The notes beneath the pieces are model-generated. The model had not been told where the DNA came from. It saw only the letters and a program-made list of their open reading frames with translations, and searched no databases. 64,000 nucleotides of DNA from Octopus sinensis (Eukaryota), in NCBI RefSeq assembly GCF_006345805.1, contig NC_043012.1:44144001-44208000 (forward strand). Direction: 5' to 3'. A program made the translations under genes and the position numbers. Positions 51,140-64,000 of this stretch are shown here, piece after piece (the stretch's first letter is position 1; each line of letters begins with the position of its first letter).

Positions 51140-52770
51140 GCGGTAAATTTTAAAACTTCCAACAGCTTCCAACAAACTTTCAAAATCGATATAAAAAAAT
51201 GTAGAAATCTTAAAATATCTTTGTATTGTTGGAGGAAGAAACTATTACTCGTATGAAATCGGCAGGGACATACACAAGACGCCGCAGCTTCAGGTAGATC
51301 TACTAATAAGCTAGATTATTAGGAAGTGAGAGAAATACAGAGTTGAAAGACTAACATTCCTTATATATTGTATAACACTGGAAAAAACTTCTTTCACAAT
51401 CCTGTCATTAGGCCATGAAAATCCAATACGACTGAAGACGAAGGAAGACAACTCGAGGCAAAAGTTTCACTATATAAACAAATCGACCAATATTGATTTC
51501 AAATTTTGACACAATACCAGCAATTTTGAGGGAGGGGATAAGTCGATTACATCGCCCGCAGTGTTCAACTGGTACTTATTTTATCGACCCCGAGAGGATG
51601 AAAGGGTAAAGTCGACCTCAGCAGAATTTGAATTCAGAACGTTAGAGACGAACGAAATACCGCTAAGCATTTTGCACGGCGCGGTTAATGATTCTGTCAT
51701 CACGCTGCCTTAGAAACAGGCCACCAATATTGACAGAAAACACCTGCACAAATTTACTCAGTTTTACATTCTAGAACTCTACCACTCAATAACTAAGCCC
51801 CTCCTTTTAAAATACTTAACTTCGCAGAAAATTGCATCACAACCATCAAGCAGGTAACCAAGAATACATGCCAGACTATAATGCACGCTTTCCTACTAAA
51901 GACTACCATCTACCTTTCGATTGGTGGATGACAAAGATTCAGCTGGCATTAGTAAAATCAAAGGATTCTACATACTAAACATATACACGAAATTCAGTAA
52001 CCTCCAATGTGGTTTATATTGCGATAATGAGCTCATAATATCCTAATATATGAACGGTACCCAATTAGGCAATGTTAGGAAAAATCTCATCGATAATTTA
52101 ATAGAACTTAGTCTAAGCAAATCATAATAAATGCATACCTAAATACAGTTAAATTCCTTGATTTTAAATTTAGCCTAGATATCAACAGTGACACTCCCTT
52201 CAAAACTTTCAACCATCTGCTTTCATTAAAGGAGCTAGTTAAAAATATCACCATACGCTTGTCAACTATATCCTCATACACAAGACGCCGCAGCTTCAGG
52301 TAGATCTACTAATAAGCTAGATTATTAGGAAGTGAGAGAAATACAGAGTTGAAAGACTAACATTCCTTATATCTTGTATAACACTGGAAAAAACTTCTTT
52401 CACAATCCCGTCATTAGGCCATGAAATCTCCTTTAATATTAGAATGACGCACTGAAAGTAAACGGCTTCAAAGATAAAATTTGTTAAATAACAAACATAA
52501 CAAGTCCCACATCCGCCCATAATCTAAACACTAAATAATATGGTACAGTTCTACCCTTTGGTTGTAATATTAGAACAGATTTTACTCTTGCAACAAAAAA
52601 ATTCTTCACAATCGCAGGTATTATCAAATATTTAGCATAATTCCGCCTCTCAAACAGCAAACATTAACTCAAAAAACTTATCACACATTGACAACCTTTT
52701 CCTAGGATACAATGATATTAATTCCAGATATTGTCCGCTCAGCGGTCTGTCTCAAAACAATCATTTCAGA
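51140..52770 (+). pseudogene. Degenerate Penelope-like element ORF (RT core to start of GIY-YIG region), interrupted
   Basis: Broken frames give FTQFYILELYHSITKPLL, GFYILNI..KFSNLQCGLYCDN (decayed GLYRDD), TVKFLDFKF, IRLSTISS, NDALKVNGFKDKI, IIWY and CPLSG; split by an S2 SINE (about 51490-51712) and two 152-bp repeats. Confidence 0.65.
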
Positions 52771-54688
52771 CTTCGTTAGAGTAAATTTAGAAGAAATTAA
52801 CCTGACTCCACTAAAGAACTATCTTTCACCGGGAGCAGCTAAATCTGTTCAACGATATGAAATTTTAGTCATTTTCATGGCTATTGTATTTAGAGCAGAT
52901 GACAAGATTTGTTGGAAATTTCTGGTCAGTCATCCAATTACATTGACTTTTAGTGTTGGGAATGATAAACAATAACTGTTCACATAGACCACATCTAAGC
53001 TTTATCAATCAAGGTGGACTTTGCTTTTCATCCTTTTGGGGTCGATAAAATAAGTACTAGTTGAGCAGTGGGGTCGATATAATTGACTTACTCCCCACCA
53101 CCCGAACTTGCTGGCCTCGTGCCAAAATCTGAAACCGATGTTATAATGAAAGGATGCGATCAAAATGTTGTAGCAGTTGTCACTGATACCGAGTGTCTAT
53201 TTCACGTTTCTGGAAAAGAATTAATAATTCATTTTTCTCTTCATTATGAATGCAATTGAATTAATGTTTTCAACTCAGGACATTAAGTACGTCAACCTCT
53301 ACTTAACCACTGGCAGATAAGTAATATCAATCCATTACATGACATCGTTATTGTCTTATGTGCGTCAAAAGGATATTTACACAGAGTATATTTACTGGAG
53401 AGTGAGTTACATTTTGTATCTTTGGCTCCTAAACTGTCCTGAGAACTCGTTTACATAAGATATTATGTTGCCACATTGGGATGGATAATTTTACAAGAAG
53501 AAAGAACTGGTTACGATTTAAAATGGTCATGGGAAATCGGCAAGCCGCAGGCGGCATGCGTCATTTTTGACCTTCAAAATGGTATACAATTCATGATGAG
53601 CAATAGCTCATGCGGTTTGCTGCTTGAAAAAGGTTATTCATGCGTAATCTAGGACTTGTGAAATCAGTTCTTTTTTTTTTTTTTAATCAATTTAGATACT
53701 AACTGCAGATAACAATGCGTTATAAGATAATATAAAGCAATATGAAGTGTGTGCTTATATTAGTAAACTCCACAAATACAAAACAATCTTTAAAAAAAAC
53801 ACGTTCATTTTCAATTAAATCAGAAAGGAGAACTATGTTATTCGATTTTATGAAATTTTCATACATTTGGTAAATGAAATAACAGAGAAGCTGATTTCAT
53901 TGAATTAATTACAATGGTGCTGGTTTAAATGTATAACTGTTTAAGAGAAACATTTACAGAAAATTATTAATTATATTAGTTAGCTTTAAGACACATCTTC
54001 CTTTAACGATGGATTAATCAATTTATAGAACAAAAATAAAAACAAAGTTTGCTTATTAGATAAAAATAATATTTTATAAATATTTGCAAATGCCTTATAC
54101 GTTAATATACATGCACGCACATACACATAAATGTATGTATTTGTGTACAGCGGTGCCTATCAATTCATCCATTTATACGCGTGCTTATACATGCATACAT
54201 ACATACATACATACATACATACATACATACATACATACATACATACATACATACATACACGCACACACGCACAACCAAAGGAAATAACTCAAGTAGACTA
54301 AAGGCATAAATTTAGATTAATTAATTAAAGGATGATGTACTCAATGACAAACGCGAAAAACCATCTCGAGCAGACTATGGTCTACTTCTCCGAGGTCCAA
54401 TCCAACTCTAACATCACCGAAGCTGTCCCATTTGCCTGCAAACAGAGAAAATTGTCCTCTAAGTATATACATTAATTTTGTTAAATTAATTCTTAAATTC
54501 TTTGAATTATGTCCCGGCTCCTTCTAAGGGTCACTGTCAATTATCGTTGGTTTTCCCCCAATCAGCAGGGGATTTTTAATTACGAATTTTTGGCATGCAT
54601 CATTCTGTACATCACTTCTTCATGGACACACACACACACACACACACATACATACATAAGAAGTATATATGTACATATATATGTATTC

Positions 54689-54747
<59 letters not shown>

Positions 54748-55463
54748 TATATATACATACTTTTTCTATTCATGGGTTAAGACTACCATTGGTTTCCAGT
54801 TAAGAGAGAAATCTCTTTACAGTTATCAAGTCTATCACATGGAACATCGGTGCTCGTCTCCATCTTGATCGTTTCTCTCTTAACATGAAACCAATGGTAG
54901 TCTTAACCCATATACTCTTTTACTTGTTTCAGTCATGTGACTGGCCATGCTGGAGCACCACCTATACACATATATTTGTATGCTTGTTATTAACCTTATA
55001 CTCATGACATGAAAACATATAGGAGACTACTGGCATGAATAGCCAAGTAGACCCACTAACTGATGACACACATAACAATATTACGTTTCCATCAACTATC
55101 ACAAAACTCACTAAATGTTGAAAGCTGTTTTCATTGATTTGATATGTGAGTTAATGTGTATGCATACAACCCACTATTGTACACATACACAACTATATCT
55201 ACCATTTATAACAGATTTACATTTATTGTAATTTGGTCCCCGCCCCCCTGGAAAATATTGCTGATATCATCTGAAGTCGGCGCTAGAAGTTGGGGATAGA
55301 GGAAACTTTGTCAGTGTTCAATGCTCCGGGAGAGAATATTGTGTGCGTACATACATCTACCCTCATTTACTACTATTTACTCTCTCTCCTTCTCTCTCCT
55401 TTCCAGACAAAAGCACGCACACACACCCACACATACACACACACACACATACACACACACACA

Positions 55464-56496
<1,033 letters not shown>

Positions 56497-57713
56497 ACAA
56501 TTTTCCTTCGCCAAGTTAAGTTACATTTTACATTTTATTGTTGAAATATTATTATTTATTTATAATTAATTGATAGTTGTCTTTTACGATCGTTATTAGA
56601 TATGATATCTATTAATTTTTATAAAGAGATTTAACGTTTTACATATAATTTAATTTGAGAATTAGTTTCGTGAGACTATACATTTTTTAATAATTAGGTA
56701 ATCTTTTTATTAAGTAGTATTACATTTAAGTTAACTAGTTTTTATTTTAATTAATATTATGTTTAACTTTATTATCGTGTGAAATATTAAATCTATAGAT
56801 ATTACACATAGATATTAATAAAATAGTTAGTTTATATAATGGATTTGTGTATATTTGAACAATTTCTTTCTTTTTTATTGAATTATTAATGACTAGTAAT
56901 AACATTGGATATATTAATAAGACGCTAAAACACATTTTTATACATTTAAAATCCAGATAGATTAATTTAATCGTTTAACTTCGTAACACAGTTTGTTTAT
57001 CAATATTTTTTGGATCTTGTATTATTTTGAGTTTGATCGTTGTTATTATTATTGTTATTGACTGGATGTGTAGTGGACTGTCAGTTGTGGTTGAATATCT
57101 TCATAGTGTATTGTTCATTTGTTCTAATATTTTTGCACCTTTCTTTAATTTATGGGGCTTAAATGTTTCTTACTTTCCATTAGTAAATAATTTTCGGCAT
57201 TATATCATTTTTATATAAATTGATAGTTATAAGTTTCGATCGATATTAATTATTATATCTATTTATTTAGATTTTTTATATATAAAGGGATCTAACGTAT
57301 TACATTTAATTTAATTTGAGAATTAATTTTTTTAGACAATATATTATTTAATTATTAGGTGGTATATTTATCAAGTAGTATTAAATTTAAGATAATTAGG
57401 TATTATATTAATTGATATTTAGTCCACTATATTATAGAGTGATATATTAAATCTATAGATACTACACATATATATTAATTATATAGTTAGCTTATTTAAT
57501 GAGTTTGTCTATATTTGAACCATTTCTTATTTTGATTACAATATAAATGGCTTGTACTAGCATTGTGTATATTAATTAATATTAAAGTCTTGAATAATTT
57601 AAGTATTGTTTTTAGTTTTCACTTAATGTATATTTAGTATCTTATATATATATATATATATATATATTAAAGTATATTTATTAATTACTTATTTTATTAT
57701 TCTAGTTTATTTT

Positions 57714-57817
57714 TAACCTGATGAGTGGCTATATTTATATCGAAGTGATTTTACTACTACTATTAATTTTTTTACAATAATCTTTTCTTAAATACAGCCA
57801 CGAATCACGTGTCGTTA
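57714..57817 (+). ncRNA. Minimal type I hammerhead motif with long stem II and one core change
   Basis: TAAC-CTGATGA-GTGGCTATATTTA...TAAATACAGCCAC-GAAT-C-ACGT-G-TC-GTTA; A15.1 is T. Confidence 0.7.
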
Positions 57818-57970
57818 TTCAACCAAATATATACGTTTTTAATATTATTTTGCAATTTACTTAATCATCGATATATTATTATTTTAATTTTAATATTTCT
57901 ATTATATGTAATTTTCTAGATGGTGTAGTTTAATTGTTCACTTTGAATTGATAAAGGTGGTTTTTTTCTA

Positions 57971-58016
<46 letters not shown>

Positions 58017-58021
<5 letters not shown>

Positions 58022-58614
58022 ACTATAAGAGAGAATCCACTATGTGAACGCCCTTACGCTAGATATAGATCCGCAAAGGGAATTGTTCTCAAGAAATAAT
58101 TCAACACACCAAGAACGTAAGCGAGCAGGACAAATGAAAAATAACGAAAATATAGATTAACCCCATACAATTGTTTCATCGTTAATAAATTATGTAATTT
58201 TACTTACATAAATATCCTCGAATCCTCAGTGGAGTACGTCAAAAATATAATTTGTCGAACTGCACGGCAGAGAGATGAACAGTTCGGCCGATTATATTCA
58301 CAGTTATATTCAAATGCCCTCGTTCTGGTGCGCTAAATTCCCGGATATAAATACTGCATAAGTAATTTAATGCAGTAGTTTACGCCGGTTTGAGAACATA
58401 TTAATCTATAATTAAAGTCAAAATGAGGGTGAAAAAATTGGATATTAATTTAATAACATCAATTTGAACACCAAGTGGCCGAGCGTATAAAAGACTGAGA
58501 TTCAGTAAATATTATTAATACACAACTATAAGAGAGAATCCACTATGTGGACGCTCTTACGCTATATATAGATCCGCAAAGGGAATCCACCACTAAGAAT
58601 TGTTCTCAAGAAAT

Positions 58615-58615
<1 letters not shown>
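58017..58615 (-). mobile_element. Terminally redundant 503-bp hammerhead-bearing unit in (TA)n (non-autonomous Penelope-like or retrozyme-like)
   Basis: Direct repeats 58017-58098 and 58520-58615; internal hammerhead motif; (TA)n on both sides; no ORF. Confidence 0.65.
58160..58235 (-). ncRNA. Minimal type I hammerhead ribozyme candidate with intact catalytic core
   Basis: ACTCCA-CTGAGGA-TTCG[hairpin TTATGTAA/TTACATAA]CGAT-GAAA-C-AATT-G-TA-TGGGGT; GUA site between 58166 and 58165. Confidence 0.72.
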
Positions 58616-58650
<35 letters not shown>

Positions 58651-58654
58651 GATA

Positions 58655-58708
<54 letters not shown>

Positions 58709-59094
58709 CATATATACGACGGGCTTCTTTCAGTTTCCGTCTACCAAATCCACTCACAAGGCTTTGGTCGGCCTAAGGCTATATTAGAAGACACTTGTCC
58801 AAGGTGCCACGCAGTGGGACTGAACCCGGAACCATGTGGTTGGTAAGCAAGCTACTTACCACACAACCACTATATATATATATAGCGTGTGAATGTATAC
58901 TTGTTCCTTCATTATATATATTTATTTTGACTCCATCTTTTATTAATATCATCTATATACTATATATAGGTGCAGGCTTGGCTATATGGTAAGAAGCTTG
59001 CTTCCGAGCTTCCTAACCACATGATTCTGGGTTCAGTTTCGCTGCGTAGCACCTTGGGCAAGTGTATCTTACGAAGACTAAAAGAAGTCCGTCT

Positions 59095-59125
<31 letters not shown>

Positions 59126-59519
59126 GCGCACATATATGCATACACACTGACACAAACAAATACATACATACATACATACATACATACATACATACATACA
59201 CACACCTAGGCTAGCTCTTTAGTTTCGTTCTAAATGCAGCGATAAACGAAACTGTATTGTACAGTGTCATTATAACACAACTCAATATACACGGTAAGTT
59301 AGCAGTGTTACGGACATAAATGGAGCTAGACATCACCAAATCCAGGTCTTATCACACCTTCACAAGAATTTCACACATTGTGAACAAAAAGTAGGATAAA
59401 ATTAGAAAGCCAATCACAATAGGATCTAATGTTATATTACGAAGCAGGTTTAATTACTTACTGATCATTAATTCATTAATTTAGTTGAAAAGCAGTAGAG
59501 AGAAATAGGACAAAAAACG

Positions 59520-60500
59520 TGATACCTGAGACGAGGGTTCAGACTGTGGACTTTCGAGCGTCTTTTCGAAGAATTCATCTAATGTCATCAACGTTTCCCC
59601 GAGGCTGATCACACGATACTATTCGCGATGGCCGAATATCATGTCCCGAACACTTCCCTTTGCTTTGCTATAGCATTCACAATCAAGCTCCTTTTCATTA
59701 AACTGGTTCATCATCTCTAGCAGACTGTTGATGTTGTTACTGAGGAACTTGAAGAACTAAGCTGTAAGGATTCTTTCTGGAATTACTAGCTCTACTGTAA
59801 GGTCGTCAGGTACATTTTAGATATCTTGCTGTGGTAACTCCAGCAGGTCTTCTATGGGCAAATTCTTACCAAGGGATGACTCGATTAATTTCTCCAATTC
59901 TGTTGACATATTCCATTCTCCATTCATTGTCTTACTCAACGATATCATTTTTGACAGTTGTACTATTCCTTCGTAATATTGGTTTCAAATTTTGGCATAA
60001 GTCCAGTAATTTCGAGGGAGGGCTTAAGTCAGTTACATCGACCCCAGTGTTCAACTGGTGCTTTATTTTATCGACCACGAAAGATGAAAGACCAAGCCCA
60101 TCTCGGCGGAATTTGAACTCAGAATGTAAGGATGGAAGAAATACCGCTAATCACTTTGCCCTGCGTGCTAACGGCTCTGCCAGTTCACCGCCTTGTTATT
60201 TCTTCGTAGTAGTGCAGGTAGCGATTGCATGCTTCATGCCATAGTTTCTTCTTCACTGTTTTGTTTACTTCCTCTCAGTTTGCTTTGATATCATCTCAGG
60301 CTTTCATGTCATATAATGACCCCTGATAAACTTATTCATCTTGGTTACTTTTCCAACCAGCCTTTGATATTAGAAACGGCATTCTGATCCTTGGCAAGGA
60401 ATTGATGTTGGTGAGAGATAAGTAGCTTCAACAGGAATCCGGATCTGAAGGTCGTCAAGATTCTAAAATGACCCTGAATAGTATCGGTAACCATAGGTCT
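59520..60500 (-). pseudogene. pogo/Tigger-like transposase C-terminal relic interrupted by an S2 SINE (about 59965-60195)
   Basis: YLSPTS...KDQNAVSNIK (resembles FLPPNTTS..QPMDQ) and IEDLLELPQQ...SVRDMIFGHRE*YR...TLDEFFEKT (resembles the Tigger C-terminus). Confidence 0.55.
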
Positions 60501-61322
60501 CAGGTTGTGTTTTTGCGTAATATTTTTTCGCTGTGGGTAAAAATATGAAACAGTATGAAAATTTCTTATGAACATCCAAATGTTCTTGTCTCATTTCTGA
60601 GTCACAGACAGACAGATACATTTTTAATATTTCCCTCATTGGTTGTCATGTTTTGTGAGTGATAAACACGCGCTGACTTCAGCTTGGAGCTGCTTAAAGT
60701 ATTACCACATGGACTACTGCAGCGTTTTTCTTTTTCTCCGAAGCTGAAAGGGTACAAACACACGCGCATGCACGCGCGTGCACCCCCTCCTCAGGCATAA
60801 ACACATTGTTTCAGTTGACGTAGAAATAATTATAATAAATACATATGCAAATAATCATAAACGTTATATAACTTTATCATCAATGTTGCATAAATCCGGT
60901 GCCTCGTGTCTATTAAAAACATTAATGCAATTATAACGTTTAGAAAATTGGCTAACCTCATTAAGATAGACGACGATTTCCGTAACATTTCATGGAATTA
61001 CTGAGGAATAATTGATAAAACAATACGTGAGATTATAGAGATGCAAACAGCAAAGTAAGAACTGGATGGTATCAAAACTATTTCAGACATTAATTATTGA
61101 GGAAAGTCTATACAATAATCGATAAGTAAATTGAATTTGAGATACGTTGCACAATCTGTCCTTAAAACAATGAACGTTATTGTTTCTTCATCATAAATAT
61201 CAGTCAGACAGAACAGTAACTTTTTACCTGATAAGATTTAGTCCTCCAGACATTCAATAGATTCTTCTCTGTGCATTGTATAACTTTCTCGTTGTTTCAA
61301 CTTGGCAAGTCGATGGGATATT

Positions 61323-61555
61323 TATTTCTTTATTGCCTACAGGAGGCTAAACATAGAGGTGACAGACAAGGACAGACAAAGGGATTAAGTCGATTACATC
61401 GACCTCAGTGCGTAACTGGTACTTATTCAATCGACCCCGAAAGGATGAAAGCAAAATCGACCTCAGCGGAATTTGAACTCAGAACGTAACAGCAGACGAA
61501 ATACCGCTAAGCATTCGCCCGGCATGCTAACGATTCTGCTGGCTCGTCGCCCTAT
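61323..61555 (-). mobile_element. SINE family S2 with 15-bp TSD
   Basis: AGTCGATGGGATATT at 61308-61322 and 61556-61570. Confidence 0.92.
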
Positions 61556-61595
61556 AGTCGATGGGATATTGACTTAACGGTACAAGGTCTCGTCT

Positions 61596-61827
61596 TAAGG
61601 CGGCGAGCTGGCAGAAACGTTAGCACGCCGGGCGAATGCTTAGCGGTATTTCGCCTGCCGTTACGTTCTGAGTTCAAATTCCGCCGAGGTCGACTTTGCC
61701 TTTCACCCTTTCGGGGTCGAAAAATCAAGTACCAGTTACGCACTGGAGTCGATAAAATCGACTTAATCCGCTTGTCTTTCCTTGTTTGTCCCCTCTGTGT
61801 TTAGCCCCTGTGGGTAGTAAAGAAATA
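61596..61827 (+). mobile_element. SINE family S2 with 17-bp TSD
   Basis: GGTACAAGGTCTCGTCT at 61579-61595 and 61828-61844. Confidence 0.93.
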
Positions 61828-62289
61828 GGTACAAGGTCTCGTCTCTGTGTATGTCACCAAGATATTTAATAATCAACAAATCTATAAATAGTAACAAGCA
61901 CACACTCTCACAGAAACATACACACACATACACACACACGTACATACACACATACTCACAAAAAATGATTTTAACTTAGACACTAGTAATAAACTTGTAT
62001 AATCCATTGAATCAATTCAATACGCTGCTAGTATTTGATATATCGGAGCCAGGTCAAACTCAAAATACAGGTGGATAAAGCTAAGCTTAAAAAATATTTA
62101 GTCCGACCATACACCACTGATGTCATCCTAAGGATTTTCCAGTTTTGACTATGTTGGAGTAACATCTTCAAGTGTTTTAGTTGTTAGTATCGAGCCAGTA
62201 CTTATTTCAATGTGCTCCTTTTTATCGAACTTCTTAAAAATTTTAATTGAATGTTCGAACGTCATGATAATAAATAAATATGAGTGAGA

Positions 62290-62451
62290 GGCGCAGGCGT
62301 GGTTGTGTGGTATGAAGCTTGTTTCTAGAGCACTGTAGTTCAGTCCCACTGCATGGCACCTTGAGCAAGTGTCTCCTACTATAGTCTGGGGCCAACCAAA
62401 GCCTTGTGAGTGGATCTGGTTGACAGAAACTGAAAGCCCGTCGCGTGTGTA

Positions 62452-62482
<31 letters not shown>

Positions 62483-62714
62483 TGTGTGTGTGTGTGTCTT
62501 TGTGCCTTTGTTCGTCCCCCATCAGCGCTTGACAACCGGTATTGGTGTGTTTACGTTTCCGTAACTTAGCGTTTCGGCAAAAGTGACCGATAAAATCAGT
62601 ACCAGGCTTAATGAAAATTAAGTCCCGGGGTCGAGTCGTTCGACTAAAAATTCTTGAAGGCAGTACCCCAACATGGCCGCAGTCTAATGACAGAAACAAG
62701 TAAAGAATAAAAGA
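62290..62714 (+). mobile_element. SINE family S1
   Basis: Head, (GT)n core and tail match S1. Confidence 0.88.
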
Positions 62715-62984
62715 CAAAAACAAAATGATATTGAATATTTCTACAGAACCAAAATATCAAAGCGACGAAAATATTTTGACAAATTAAATTTAAATGTTGA
62801 AGTGAATCTAACGGTTTTGTGAGTTTCTTAAATCGCTTATAAACGCCTTCCACGCTGCAATTGTATATATATATATAAGAGAGAGCAAATTCTCTTTTCT
62901 CCGTCGATTACAGTCAAAATCCACACGTATATATATATATATGTGGGTATATATGTATGTATATGTATGTATGTATATATATAT

Positions 62985-63042
<58 letters not shown>

Positions 63043-63504
63043 GTCTGTGTGTGTGTGTATACACACACACACGATAGGTGGAAGCTGGGTGTGATCAGTA
63101 TAGAAAACACGTAGTAGTGTTCAAAACGATTTAAACTTCAACTCCAATTTCTTCATCCATAGCATGGCCCGCGCCGTCAAAAATGTCCCATAAGAGAAAT
63201 CTAAATCGAGCTGACATGAAAGTAGGAATGGCAATAAACATAGGCCTGATATAAATACGCAGCGCAGTTACCAATCTTCTCTTGATGAGGGTAGCCGGAC
63301 TTACTGTAATGTTTTCATGTAACAGGTTACTGGTTACATTAAATAACCAGAACTTTTTGCATATTTCGTCTGCAATTTATGACTAGTATAATTATTGCGT
63401 GACCCCAGGCTTCATATTTTCTTCACATTTCTTCACTTTTATTCTGTATTTTTGTGCACCATGTAAATATATTTGCAACAAGTCTGTCTATTTCCATTAC
63501 CACC

Positions 63505-64000
63505 TTCTTTGTCTCCTTACATACATACATACATACATACATACACACATACATAATACATACATACATACATGCATACATGCATACATACATAATACAT
63601 ACATACATACATACATACATGCATGCATACATACATACATGCATGCATACATACATACATACATACATACATGCATACATGCATACATACATACATACAT
63701 ACATCATGCATACATGCATGCATACATACATGCATACATGCATACATACATAATACATACATACATACATGCATACATGCATGCATACATACATACATAC
63801 ATACATACATAATACATACATACATACATACATGCATGCATACATACATAATACATACATACATACATACATACATGCATGCATACATACATAATACATA
63901 CATAACATACATACATACATACATACATGCATACATGCATACATACATACATACATACATACATGCATACAGCATGCATACATACATGCATACATGCATA
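63505..64000. repeat. Compound (ATAC)n/(ATGC)n microsatellite
   Basis: Continuous tetranucleotide repeats to the end of the window. Confidence 0.98.

Noticed and set aside
51428-51470. CTGAAGA-CGA...TCG-AGGC next to the 152-bp repeat
   Set aside because: The second core box is not GAAA and no cleavage triplet geometry is present.
63305-63369. Possible 65-nt minus-strand exon (TTGCAG acceptor, GTAAGT donor, EICKKFWLFNVTSNLLHENIT)
   Set aside because: Weak polypyrimidine tract, no recognisable homology and no neighbouring exons; splice-like signals of this quality arise by chance. RNA-seq would settle it.

Overview
This is eukaryotic, AT-rich, microsatellite-saturated DNA with no host gene I can support. 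The SINE families and overall repeat style look like a coleoid cephalopod, probably Octopus; that is inference from recognition, not a search. Most of the supplied ORF track is translated microsatellite. Recognisable content: (1) R4/Dong-clade non-LTR retrotransposons, namely one young copy with only two frameshifts (27.2-31.4 kb, minus) flanked by (TAA)n, one decayed 3'-truncated copy (42.1-45.3 kb), and fragments of a second family; (2) relics of a Helitron, a Penelope-like RT, L1/Tx1, Tc1, mariner and pogo/Tigger; (3) many tRNA-derived SINEs; (4) an 809-bp foldback element with GG...CC ends, an 8-bp TSD and telomeric hexamers in both arms (Merlin-like). The least explained signal is a set of hammerhead-ribozyme-shaped motifs found by eye. 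Three have canonical or near-canonical cores (6364-6423 plus, 57714-57817 plus, 58160-58235 minus), and the last sits in a terminally redundant 503-bp unit. A fourth (38589-38639 minus) has an apparent compensatory G3-C8 core swap. All alignments and folds were done manually, and repeat boundaries are approximate unless a TSD or terminus is quoted.
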